Assembly: GCA_963720545.1 (NCBI GenBank)
Contig: OY970399.1
Span: 2,048,001 to 2,112,000 of the forward strand
DNA from: an uncultured Acidobacteriota bacterium
GTDB lineage: Bacteria; Acidobacteriota; Vicinamibacteria; Fen-336
DNA length: 64,000 nt
Direction of reading: 5' to 3'
In this document: piece by piece, positions 9,598 through 18,721 of the stretch
Numbering within the stretch: position 1 is the first letter of the stretch
Layout of the letters: the number at the start of each line of letters is the position of its first letter
The notes under the pieces: model-generated
What the model was told of the DNA's origin: nothing
The model's input: only the letters and a program-made list of their open reading frames with translations
Databases searched by the model: none
Made by a program: the position numbers and the translations under genes

Positions 9598-12318
9598 ATG
9601 GTCGCGTGGCAGAGGTTCTGGCGGCGCCTGCGCGGCTCGTTCGCCGGCGCGCGCGCCGACCGCGAGTTCCAGGAAGAGCTGCGCGCGCACCTCGAGATGC
9701 AGGTTGCCGACAACCTGCGCGCCGGGCTGTCTCCAGGTGAAGCACTGCGCCAGGCGCGGTTGGCGCTCGGCGGCTTCGAGACGGCGCGCGCGCGGCAGCG
9801 CGAGCAGCGCGGCCTGCCGCTTCTCGACTCGCTGGGGCGCAATCTCCGGCTCGCCCTGCGCACGCTCATGCGCAGCTCCGGCTTCACTCTCGTCGCACTC
9901 ACCGTGCTGGCTCTCGGCACCGGCGCCAATACGCTGATGTTCGGTGTCGTCAATGCCGTGCTGCTTCGGCCCCTGCCCTACCCCGGCGCCTCCGACCTCG
10001 TCCTGGTGCAGCCGGTGTTCAGCGCCAACGATGCAGCTGCAGCAGCGTCGGTGCCCGATTTCGAGTTGCTGCGTGCGCAGAACCGCAGCTTCCGGGGCCT
10101 CGATGCCTTCTATTCGCGGTCGGCCGACATCGCGGGCGGCAGCGATCCCGACCCCGAGCGCGTGCGTGCGCTGGTCGTGTCCGCCGGTTTTCTCGGCGTG
10201 TTGCAGACCCCGCCGGCTCTCGGCCGGGACTTCGCGCGCGGCGACGAGACCTGGGGAGAGCATCGCGTGGTGCTCCTCAGCGACGGACTCTGGCACAGGC
10301 GGTTCGGCGCCGACCCGAATGTCGTTGGACAAAGGCTGACACTGAACGCCGAGCCCCACACCGTGATCGGCGTGCTGCCGCGCGGCTTTTCCTTCGTCGG
10401 CCGCGACGCACAGCTGCTGGTGCCGATGTCCTTTGCGCCCGGCGACAACCTCAACTCGCGCAACAACTTCTTCCTCGCCATGGTTGGCCGGCCGCGCCCG
10501 GGCGTGTCGCCCAGCCAGGCGCAGGGCGATCTCGAGGCGATTCACGCGCGGATCGCTGCCGAGCATCCGGAGAACCGCGGCATGCACATCGGCGTGCGCG
10601 GCCTGCAGGACTCGCTGGTCGGCGAGGTGCGGCCGTCGCTCTATGCGCTCCTGGGCGCCGTCGCGCTGGTCCTGCTCATCGCCTGCGCCAACCTGGCGAG
10701 CCTCAACCTGGCCCGCGCCGCCGGGCGGCGCCGCGACGTGGCGCTGCGCATTGCGCTTGGCGCCAGCCGTCGCAGCATCCTGATGCAGTTCCTCACCGAG
10801 AGCGTGCTGCTGGCTTTCGTCGGCAGCCTGCTCGGCCTGCTGCTCGCGGCTTCGGGAGTCGCCCTCGTCAATTCGCTCAGCCAGGCGGTGCTGCCGCGGG
10901 CTGCGGATGTCCGGCTCGACGGCACGGTGCTCGCCATGACCGCCGCGGTCGCGCTCTTCATCGCCGTTCTCGCCGGCCTCGGCCCGGCGCTGCGTGCGTC
11001 GGGCGAAGCGCCAAACAGCGCGCTCAAGGAAGGCAGCCGCTCCGTCGGCGACAGCCGCGGGCACCGCCTGCGCTCGCTGCTGGTCGCGGCCGAAGTGGCG
11101 CTGTGCCTGGTGCTACTCATCGGCGCGGGGCTGCTGGTCGAGAGCCTGCGCAGGCTGACGGGTGTCGATCCCGGTTTCGTCGCAAGCGACGTCGTCACAT
11201 TCCAGTTGAGCGTGCCGCGGCGCGACTACGTGGACGATGGGCTGGAGCGCCAGTTCTCGCCACTCGCCTACACGAAGGCCGCCGCATTTTTCGCGGCGGC
11301 AGTGCGCGAAGCGAGCGCAGTCACCGGAGTGGAGTCTGCCGGCGCCGTCAACGCCCTGCCGCTGATGGGCGAGGTCTGGGGCAAGAACGCGACCCTCTAC
11401 GACCGGCCGCTGCCAGCGACGCTGCGTGACTTGCCCACCATCCAGTACCGCGTGGTCGAGGGCGACTATTTCGGCGCGCTCGGCATTCGCATCGTGCGCG
11501 GCCGCGCGTTCACCGGCGCCGACAGCCTCGGCGCGGGCAACGTCGCGGTGGTGAACGAAGAGATGGCGCGGCTCTACTGGCCGCAGCAGGACCCTCTCGG
11601 CAAGGTGTTGTCCGTGAACCCGCCGCGCAGCCTGGTGCCCGAAGGATCCGTGCCGGCCGACTATGAGCCGACGCTGTTCACCATCGTGGGGGTTGCGGCG
11701 AACGCCCGTTACGGCGAGCTGCGCGCAGCGGCACCGTCGCTCGTCTATGTGCCGTTCGCCCAAGGGTCCGAAGGCACCACCGGCATGTACCTCGCGGTAC
11801 GCACCGCCTCGAGCCCGGCCGCGGTGATCGACGCGGTGCGCGCGCGCTTGCGGCGCCTCGACCCGCGCATCCCGCTGTCGAACGTGCAGACGATGCAGGC
11901 CCGGGTCGATGCGGCCACCGGCCGGCCGCGACTGCAGGCCGTCATCCTCGGCGCGTTCGCGGGCCTGGCGCTGCTGCTGTCGCTGGTCGGCGTGCACGGC
12001 GTCATGCGGCAGGCGACCGAGGAACGGATGCGCGAAGTCGGCATCCGCATGGCGATGGGAGCCGACGCGGCCTCGGTGCTGCGCCTTTTCCTGCGACACG
12101 CCTTCCTGCTGGTCGCCGCGGGCCTTGCGGCAGGTGTCGCCGGTGCCGTTGCGCTCACGCGCGCGTTGCGCAGCATGCTGTTCGCCGTCAGCCCGACCGA
12201 GCCGCGCGTCTACCTGGCACTCACCCTCGCGCTCGGGATTGCCGGCGCTCTCGCCGCGTGGCTGTCGGCGCGGCGCGCCACCCGCCTCGACCCGCTGGCG
12301 GTGCTGCGCGAGGATTAG
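9598..12318 (+). CDS. ABC transporter permease, ADOP (acidobacterial duplicated orphan permease; MacB/FtsX-like)
   Basis: N-terminal EFQEELRAHLEM...ARLALGG prefix, LALGTGANT, VLLIACANLASL, ALRIALGA, EVGIRMAMGA and terminal RLDPLAVLRED; no cognate ATPase gene adjacent. Confidence 0.92.
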   Translation: MVAWQRFWRRLRGSFAGARADREFQEELRAHLEMQVADNLRAGLSPGEALRQARLALGGFETARARQREQRGLPLLDSLGRNLRLALRTLMRSSGFTLVALTVLALGTGANTLMFGVVNAVLLRPLPYPGASDLVLVQPVFSANDAAAAASVPDFELLRAQNRSFRGLDAFYSRSADIAGGSDPDPERVRALVVSAGFLGVLQTPPALGRDFARGDETWGEHRVVLLSDGLWHRRFGADPNVVGQRLTLNAEPHTVIGVLPRGFSFVGRDAQLLVPMSFAPGDNLNSRNNFFLAMVGRPRPGVSPSQAQGDLEAIHARIAAEHPENRGMHIGVRGLQDSLVGEVRPSLYALLGAVALVLLIACANLASLNLARAAGRRRDVALRIALGASRRSILMQFLTESVLLAFVGSLLGLLLAASGVALVNSLSQAVLPRAADVRLDGTVLAMTAAVALFIAVLAGLGPALRASGEAPNSALKEGSRSVGDSRGHRLRSLLVAAEVALCLVLLIGAGLLVESLRRLTGVDPGFVASDVVTFQLSVPRRDYVDDGLERQFSPLAYTKAAAFFAAAVREASAVTGVESAGAVNALPLMGEVWGKNATLYDRPLPATLRDLPTIQYRVVEGDYFGALGIRIVRGRAFTGADSLGAGNVAVVNEEMARLYWPQQDPLGKVLSVNPPRSLVPEGSVPADYEPTLFTIVGVAANARYGELRAAAPSLVYVPFAQGSEGTTGMYLAVRTASSPAAVIDAVRARLRRLDPRIPLSNVQTMQARVDAATGRPRLQAVILGAFAGLALLLSLVGVHGVMRQATEERMREVGIRMAMGADAASVLRLFLRHAFLLVAAGLAAGVAGAVALTRALRSMLFAVSPTEPRVYLALTLALGIAGALAAWLSARRATRLDPLAVLRED

Positions 12319-12320
12319 CG

Positions 12321-13328
12321 CTAGACGGCGACCGTGGCGCCCGTCTCCATCGAACGGCGCGCCGCGGCGGCAATGCGCAGTGCGGCAACACCGTCGTCGA
12401 GCGTCACCGCCGGCCTCTTGTTCTCCAGCACGTTGACCGCGAAATCCTGCAGTTGCAGCGTGTACGCGCGCTCGAAGCGCTCCATGAAGAAGGGCACCGT
12501 GTCGTGCGCCACCGAGTTCCGCGTCATGACGAAGAGCGGCGTCTCGCGCAGGTAGCCGATGCGCAGCGTGCCCGCGGTGCCGAGCAGTTCGGTCGAGATG
12601 TCATAACCGTAGACGCCGTTGCGCGACAGGTCCACCACCCCGAGGCGGCCGTCGGCGAAGGTGAGGCTGACCACTGCGTTGTCGATGTCGCCCACCGAGC
12701 ACAGCTCCGGAAACGCGAGCGTGCCCGCGATGGTGTGCACCGAGCGCACCTCGCCCATGAAGAAGCGCGCCAGGTCGAAGTCGTGGATGCCCATGTCGAG
12801 GATCATGCCGCCGCTGCTGCGCGGGTCGGCGTATTCGAGCGAGGTGCGGTGCGGATCGCGCGACGTCGACTTGAACAGCACCGCGGTGCCGATGGCGCCC
12901 GCCGCGAGCTGGCGCTTTGCCGCGACGTAGCCGGGATCGAAGCGGCGCATGAAGCCCATCTGCACGAAGCTGCCCGCGCGCGCGGCGGCATCGCGCATCT
13001 CTTCGGCATCGGCGACGCTGAGCGCCGGCGGCTTCTCGCAAAATGCCGGCTTGCCACGGGCGGCGGCCGCCAGCACCAGCTCCTTGTGGGTGTTCGTCGG
13101 GCTGACGATCACCACCGCCTCCACCTCCGGCGCCGCGATCAGCGCGAGCGGATCGGCGGTGTGAAGAGGCACCTCGAACTCTTCAGCACTCTCGCGCGCG
13201 GCGCACGCGTCGATGTCGGCCACCGCCACGAGCCGCGCCTGCGGGATGCGGGTCGCGAGGTCGCGGGCGTAGACGCGGCCGAGCCGCCCCAGGCCGACGA
13301 CGCCGATGCCGAGGCGGCGCCTGCTCAA
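12321..13328 (-). CDS. iolG: Inositol 2-dehydrogenase (Gfo/Idh/MocA family)
   Basis: GLGRLG Rossmann motif, CEKP, GFMRRFDP, DMGIHDFD; iol gene context. Confidence 0.82.
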   Translation of the reverse strand: MSRRRLGIGVVGLGRLGRVYARDLATRIPQARLVAVADIDACAARESAEEFEVPLHTADPLALIAAPEVEAVVIVSPTNTHKELVLAAAARGKPAFCEKPPALSVADAEEMRDAAARAGSFVQMGFMRRFDPGYVAAKRQLAAGAIGTAVLFKSTSRDPHRTSLEYADPRSSGGMILDMGIHDFDLARFFMGEVRSVHTIAGTLAFPELCSVGDIDNAVVSLTFADGRLGVVDLSRNGVYGYDISTELLGTAGTLRIGYLRETPLFVMTRNSVAHDTVPFFMERFERAYTLQLQDFAVNVLENKRPAVTLDDGVAALRIAAAARRSMETGATVAV

Positions 13329-14287
13329 TGCGCCGCGCCCTTCGTCACCAGCTCGATCCTCACCCGCTGGTCGGCCGCGACCGCTTCCCCGCGCAGCAGC
13401 TTCACGGCGCTTTCCACCGCGACTCGGCCCATTTCTGCCGGAAACTGCGCGACCGACGCCGCCATGGTGCCCGCTGCGATCGCCTTGCGGGCGTCGTCCA
13501 CCGCATCGAAGCCGACCACCATGATCTTGCCGGTCTTGTTGGCCGCCGCAATCGCCTCCATTGCACCGAGCGCCATCATGTCGTTGCAGGCGAACACCGC
13601 GTCGATCTCGGGATGCGCCTGCAGCATGTTCTGGAAGACGTTGAAGCCGAGGTCGCGCTCCCAGTTGGCGGGCTGCGACGCGACGATGACGATGCCCGGA
13701 TGCGCGGCGAGCGCCTGCTTCAACCCCTGCATGCGCGAGTCGCCGGTCTCGTGGCCGGGAATCCCCTCGAGCACCGCGAGCTTCGCCTTGCCTCCTGTCA
13801 CGGTGGCGATGTATTCGCCGGCGAGCCGCCCGCCCTCGCTGTTGTCCGAGCCGACGAACGAGCCGATCTTCACGTGAGCCTCGGCCGCCGCCGTCGGATC
13901 GACGCGGGTGTCGACCACCACCACCGGGATCGACGCGGCATTCGCCTTGCTGATCGCCGGCACGATCTCGCGCGAGCCGCTCGGCGTGATCGCGAGCGCG
14001 CCGATCCCTGTCTGCACCAGGTTCTCGACGATCTGCATCTGCTTCTCGACGTCGATCTCGCGCTCGGCCGCCTGCACCACCAGCTCGACTCCGGCCTTCT
14101 GCGCAGCCTCCTCGGCGCCGCGCTGCATGTCGATGAAGAACGGGCTGTTGAGCGTCTTCAGCACCAGCGCGATGCGCGGCTTGCTGCCCGCTGCCGGCGC
14201 CGGCTGCTGCGCACGGCAGCCGGGTAACGCAAAGACGGCGGCCGATGCCAGCGTGCCAATGGCGGCGAGATGATGCCGAATCTTCAT
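13325..14287 (-). CDS. Sugar ABC transporter substrate-binding lipoprotein (RbsB-like)
   Basis: Lipoprotein-like signal (ALPGC), KTLNSPFF, VGSDN, ACNDMMALGA, VVGFD. Confidence 0.9.
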   Translation of the reverse strand: MKIRHHLAAIGTLASAAVFALPGCRAQQPAPAAGSKPRIALVLKTLNSPFFIDMQRGAEEAAQKAGVELVVQAAEREIDVEKQMQIVENLVQTGIGALAITPSGSREIVPAISKANAASIPVVVVDTRVDPTAAAEAHVKIGSFVGSDNSEGGRLAGEYIATVTGGKAKLAVLEGIPGHETGDSRMQGLKQALAAHPGIVIVASQPANWERDLGFNVFQNMLQAHPEIDAVFACNDMMALGAMEAIAAANKTGKIMVVGFDAVDDARKAIAAGTMAASVAQFPAEMGRVAVESAVKLLRGEAVAADQRVRIELVTKGAAH

Positions 14288-15252
14288 GGATGCCTCCTGG
14301 AGTTCTTGAGGACCGAGTCGAGCAGCACGGCCGAGACGATGACGCTGCCGATCACCACCTGCTGCAGGAACGAGGAGATGCCGAGCAGGTTGAGGCCGTT
14401 GCGCAGCACCCCCATGATCAGCGCGCCAATGAGCGTGCCGCCCGCCGAGCCGGAGCCGCCCAGCAGGCTGGTGCCGCCGATGACGGCTGCCGCGATCGCA
14501 TCGAGCTCGTACGAAATGCCCGCGATCGGCTGCGCCGAGTTGATGCGCGCGGTGAGCAGGACGGCCGCGAACGCGCTGGCGAGGCCGGACAGCGCGTAGA
14601 CCACCGTCTTGTGGAACGCGACCGCGACGCCCGAGAGCCGCGCCGCCTCCTCGTTGCCGCCGATCGCGAACACGTAGCGGCCGAAGCGGGTGCGCGTCAG
14701 CATGAAGTGCGCGCCGACGTAGACGACGATCGTCACCAGCACCGGTACCGGGATGCCGGCGACGCGCCCGGTGGCGATGCCGCGAAAGGACGCCTCGAAG
14801 CCGGAGATCGGCCGGCCGTCGGTGAACAGCAGCGCCAGGCCGCGCGCCACGCTCATCATGCCGAGGGTGGCGATGAACGGCGGCAGCCGGCCGCGCGTGA
14901 TCAGGAGGCCGTTGCACACGCCGCACACCGTGCCGGCCGCGAGGCTCAGCGGGATGGCGAGCGCCGGCGGGTAGCCGGCCTTGAGCGCCGCTCCGAGCAC
15001 CACGCCGGCGAGCGCGACGATCGAACCCACCGACAGGTCGATGCCGCCGGTGAGGATGACGCAGGTCATGCCCACGGCGATGACCGCGTTGATCGAGGTC
15101 TGCTCGCAGACATTGAGGAGGTTCGACACGGTGAGGAAATACGGCGTCACGAACGCCAGCAGGACGCAGAGGCCGAAAAGGCCCGCGAGCGTTCCCAGCT
15201 CACGGTGGCCGCGCAGCTTCGCCAGCGCCGATCCGAGCAGGGGCGCTTTCAT
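14284..15252 (-). CDS. Sugar ABC transporter permease (RbsC-like)
   Basis: GGIDLSVGS, PPFIATLG, AIGGNEEAARLSG, YELDAIAAAVIGG. Confidence 0.93.
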   Translation of the reverse strand: MKAPLLGSALAKLRGHRELGTLAGLFGLCVLLAFVTPYFLTVSNLLNVCEQTSINAVIAVGMTCVILTGGIDLSVGSIVALAGVVLGAALKAGYPPALAIPLSLAAGTVCGVCNGLLITRGRLPPFIATLGMMSVARGLALLFTDGRPISGFEASFRGIATGRVAGIPVPVLVTIVVYVGAHFMLTRTRFGRYVFAIGGNEEAARLSGVAVAFHKTVVYALSGLASAFAAVLLTARINSAQPIAGISYELDAIAAAVIGGTSLLGGSGSAGGTLIGALIMGVLRNGLNLLGISSFLQQVVIGSVIVSAVLLDSVLKNSRRHP

Positions 15253-16751
15253 GAAGCTTGCGCCTCAGCTTCGCCAAGCGCGGCCGCCAGCACCTGCGCC
15301 TGGGTGGCGCCGACGGCGTCGAACTGCGCGGCCACGCGGCCCCGGCTCAGCACCAGGATACGGTCGCTCATGCCGAGTATCTCCGGCAGCTCGGACGAGA
15401 TCATCAGGATGGCGGCGCCGCGGGCGGTGAGCGCATTCATCAGCTCGTAGATCTCGACCTTCGCGGACACGTCGATGCCACGCGTCGGTTCATCCATCAG
15501 CAGCACCTCGGTGCTGGCGGCGAGCCACTTGCCCAGCACCACCTTCTGCTGGTTGCCGCCGGACAGGTGCACCACCGGCTGCCCGAGGCGCTGGGTCTTG
15601 ATGCGCAGGCCGTCGACCTGCGCCTGCGCCAGCGCCCGCGCGCGCCGCTCGTCGACCACCCCGAAGCGGCACAGGCGCGCAGTGCTTGGCAGCGAAAGGT
15701 TGTCGCCCACCGAGAGGCCGAGCACCAGGCCCTGGGTCTTGCGGTCTTCCGGCAGCAGGCCGATGCCGAGCGCTATGGCGGCCCGCGGCGAGGCTGCGCG
15801 CAGTTCGCGGCCGCCCACGAGCACCCGTCCGCTGTCGGCGCGGTCCGCGCCCGCGAGCACCCGCGCCAGTTCGGTGCGGCCCGCGCCGAGCAGCCCGGCG
15901 ACGCCGACGATCTCGCCGCGCCGCAGGCTGAAGCTGACATTGGCGAAGGCGCCGTGGCGGCCGAGGTTCTCGACCCGCAGCAGCTCCTCGCCCGGCACGC
16001 CGCGCCGCCGCGGGTAGTGGTCGCTGAGATCGCGGTTGGCCATGAGGCGGATCATCTCGGCCACTGGCGTCGCGGCGACGTCGCAGGTGGCCACATTGCG
16101 GCCGTCGCGCAGGATGGTGGCGCGCGCGCCGATGCGCTTCACTTCGTCCATGCGGTGCGAGATGTAGATGACCGCGACGCCGCGCGCCGTCAGCTTCGCG
16201 ATCGCCGCGAACAGCGCGCCGATCTCGGCGTCGGTGAGGGCCGAGGTCGGCTCGTCCATGATCAGGATGCGCGGCTCTTCGCGCAGCGACTTCGCCACTT
16301 CCACCATCTGCTGTTGCGCCACGCTGAGCAGCCCCACCGGCGTGTCGGCATCGATCGCGATGCCGAGCCCGCGCAGCAGCCGGTCGGTCTCCGCGCGCTG
16401 CGCCTTGCGATCGACCACGCCGAAGGCAGAGCGCTCGCGGCCGAGGAAGACGTTCTCGGCAGCCGACAGCTGCGGCACCAGGTTGAGTTCCTGGTAGATG
16501 GTGCGGATGCCGCGTGCCTGCGCGTCGCGCGGCCCGGCGAGCGTCATTGCCTCGCCGCCCAGCTCGATGCGGCCGGCGTCCATGCGCACGGCGCCGCTGA
16601 GGATCTTCATCAGTGTCGACTTGCCGGCGCCGTTCTCGCCGAGCAGCACGTGCACCTCGCCGCGCGCCACTTCGAGCGAGACGTCGTCGAGCGCCACGAC
16701 ACCCGGATAGGCCTTGCGGATGCCGCTCATGCACAGCGCAACGCCACTCAC
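15249..16751 (-). CDS. Sugar ABC transporter ATP-binding protein (RbsA-like, two NBDs)
   Basis: GENGAGKST, MDEPT, LSGGNQQK. Confidence 0.94.
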   Translation of the reverse strand: MSGVALCMSGIRKAYPGVVALDDVSLEVARGEVHVLLGENGAGKSTLMKILSGAVRMDAGRIELGGEAMTLAGPRDAQARGIRTIYQELNLVPQLSAAENVFLGRERSAFGVVDRKAQRAETDRLLRGLGIAIDADTPVGLLSVAQQQMVEVAKSLREEPRILIMDEPTSALTDAEIGALFAAIAKLTARGVAVIYISHRMDEVKRIGARATILRDGRNVATCDVAATPVAEMIRLMANRDLSDHYPRRRGVPGEELLRVENLGRHGAFANVSFSLRRGEIVGVAGLLGAGRTELARVLAGADRADSGRVLVGGRELRAASPRAAIALGIGLLPEDRKTQGLVLGLSVGDNLSLPSTARLCRFGVVDERRARALAQAQVDGLRIKTQRLGQPVVHLSGGNQQKVVLGKWLAASTEVLLMDEPTRGIDVSAKVEIYELMNALTARGAAILMISSELPEILGMSDRILVLSRGRVAAQFDAVGATQAQVLAAALGEAEAQAS

Positions 16752-17782
16752 CGCGTCGCCTCGGGGCGTTCAGCCGGCGGCGGCGCGGTGCTGCCCCGTA
16801 CCACCAGGCGCGGCGAGAGCACCGCCCGCCGCGGCCGCACGCGCTTGTCCTCGAGCCGGTCGAGCAGGCTCGAGACCGCGATCTGCCCCATCTCCAGCCG
16901 CGGCTGGTGCACGGTGGTCAGCGAGATGTGGCGCAGCGCCGCGAGCGAGGTGTTGTCGTAGCCGACCAGCGAGATGTCGTCGGGCACGCGCAGCCCGCGC
17001 TCTTCCACCGCGTTCAGGACGCCGATGGCGGCGAGATCGTTGGAGGCGAAGATGGCGGTGGGCCGCGGCCGCTCGTCGAGCAGCAGCAGCGCGCCCGAGT
17101 GCCCGCCCTCTTCGGTGAAGGCGCCCGGCACCACGCGCGCGAACCTGGCGAGGCGCAGCTGCTTCATCGCGTCCTGGTAGCCGCTGCGCCGCGCCGCGGC
17201 GCCGGCGCCCTGGCCGCCGTCGATATGCGCGATGCGCTTGTGGCCGAGCGAAGCGCAGTGCTTCACCACCGCAACGCCGCCCGCCCAGTCGTCGTTGGTC
17301 ACCGATGCCACCGACGCCGCCTTCGCCGCGCGTCCGACAAGCACCACCGGGATCTCGCGGCTGGCGATCGCGATGATGCGGCTCTCGAGCAGGGGTGCGG
17401 CGACGATCAGCCCGTCGACGCGCAGTTGCAGCAGCGCCTCGATCGCTTCATCCTCTTGCAGGGGGTTGCGGTTGCCGGTGTTGAGCAGCACCTGGTAGCC
17501 GGCGCGCGCCGCCTGGTCCTGGATGCCGGTGACCACATCAGCGAAGAAGGGATTGTGCAGGTCGGACACCATCACGCCGATCAGCCGCGTGCGCCGCTGC
17601 ACCAGTCCGCGCGCCATCGCGTTCGGCCGGTAGCCGAGTTCGCGGGCGGCGGCCAGCACCGCGGCGCGGCGCTGCGGCCGCACGTGCCGGCCGCCGCGGA
17701 TCACCAGCGAGACGAGGCTCTTCGAGACGCCCGCGCGCTGCGCGACGTCGGTGATCGTCGGCCGGCTTCGTTCCTTGACCAC
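16748..17782 (-). CDS. LacI-family transcriptional regulator
   Basis: TITDVAQRAGVSKSLVS HTH, LGYRPNAMARGL, VPDDISLVGYD; GTG start inferred. Confidence 0.92.
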   Translation of the reverse strand: MVKERSRPTITDVAQRAGVSKSLVSLVIRGGRHVRPQRRAAVLAAARELGYRPNAMARGLVQRRTRLIGVMVSDLHNPFFADVVTGIQDQAARAGYQVLLNTGNRNPLQEDEAIEALLQLRVDGLIVAAPLLESRIIAIASREIPVVLVGRAAKAASVASVTNDDWAGGVAVVKHCASLGHKRIAHIDGGQGAGAAARRSGYQDAMKQLRLARFARVVPGAFTEEGGHSGALLLLDERPRPTAIFASNDLAAIGVLNAVEERGLRVPDDISLVGYDNTSLAALRHISLTTVHQPRLEMGQIAVSSLLDRLEDKRVRPRRAVLSPRLVVRGSTAPPPAERPEATR

Positions 17783-17832
17783 TTGACAGCCGACTCCTTG
17801 GCTCGCTAGCTTACCGCCGGTGGAACGTTCCA
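17783..17832 (+). promoter_or_regulatory. Sigma70-type promoter of iolB (TTGACA-N18-TAGCTT) with palindromic LacI-type operator TGGAACGTTCCA
   Basis: TTGACA 17783-17788, TAGCTT 17807-17812, perfect 12-bp palindrome with central CG at 17821-17832. Confidence 0.7.
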
Positions 17833-18710
17833 AAGAAACGCAGCTCCACATCCCCGCGGGCAGCGCCGCGGCGGGCGCTGCGGGCGGCGACCTGCTGGTG
17901 ATCACGCCCGAATCGGCGGGCTGGTCGTTCGCGGGATTGCGCGTCGTGAAGATTGCGCCGGGCAGGAGCCGCGCCTTCCAGGCCGGACGCGACGAGCTGC
18001 TGGTGCTGCCGCTGACCGGCAGCGCGACCGTGCGCTGCGAAGGCAAGAGCGTTCGCGCTCGAAGGACGCGCGTCGGTGTTCGCGCGCGTCAGCGACTTCG
18101 CCTACGTGCCAGCGGCGCCGCGTTCGAGATCGAGAGCGAGGGCGGCGGCGAGTTCGCGCTGCCGGCGGCCCGCGCGCGCCGCAAGCTGGCGGCGGCCTAC
18201 GGCCCGGCCGAATCGGTCGCGATCGAGATTCGCGGCAAGGGCAGCGCGACCCGGCAGGTCAACAACTTCTGCGCACCCGGCGCCTTCGAGGCCGACCGCC
18301 TGGTGGCCGTCGAGGTGCTCACCCCCGGCGGCAACTGGTCGTCCTATCCCCCGCACAAGCACGATGAAGCCCGTGCCGGCGAGGCCATCCTCGAGGAGAT
18401 CTACTATTTCCGCGTCGCTGGCAAGGACGGCTTCGGCTTCCACCGCACCTACACCGACGACGGCGCCATCGATGCGAACGCCTGCATCCGCGACGGCGAT
18501 GCGTTTCTCATCCCGCGCGGCTATCATGGGCCATCGGTCGCGGCCCCCGACCATCCTCTTTATTACCTGAACGTCCTGGCGGGCCCCGCCGCTGAGCGCA
18601 CCATGGCTTTTTGCGACGACCCGCGCCACGCCTGGATCCGCGCCGGGTGGGCAAACCAGGCTCCGGACCCACGTGTGCCGATGACCTCGGCGCGCGCGGG
18701 CGCACGGTAA
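17820..18710 (+). CDS. iolB: 5-deoxy-glucuronate isomerase (apparent compensating frameshifts at about 18048-18112)
   Basis: EVLTPGGNWSSYPPHKHD, LEEIYYF, PRGYHGP, YLNVLAGP; the expected LEGRASVFARVSDFAYVP segment lies in another frame. Confidence 0.9.
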   Translation: MERSKETQLHIPAGSAAAGAAGGDLLVITPESAGWSFAGLRVVKIAPGRSRAFQAGRDELLVLPLTGSATVRCEGKSVRARRTRVGVRARQRLRLRASGAAFEIESEGGGEFALPAARARRKLAAAYGPAESVAIEIRGKGSATRQVNNFCAPGAFEADRLVAVEVLTPGGNWSSYPPHKHDEARAGEAILEEIYYFRVAGKDGFGFHRTYTDDGAIDANACIRDGDAFLIPRGYHGPSVAAPDHPLYYLNVLAGPAAERTMAFCDDPRHAWIRAGWANQAPDPRVPMTSARAGAR

Positions 18711-18721
18711 GGGCGGAGGCC

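Noticed and set aside
7072..11064. Very long antisense or alternate-frame ORFs (e.g. 7072-11064, 31030-34242, 53987-56743, 61193-63457)
   Set aside because: These are shadow ORFs of well-supported genes, expected in high-GC DNA; they are Arg/Ala-rich with no motifs.
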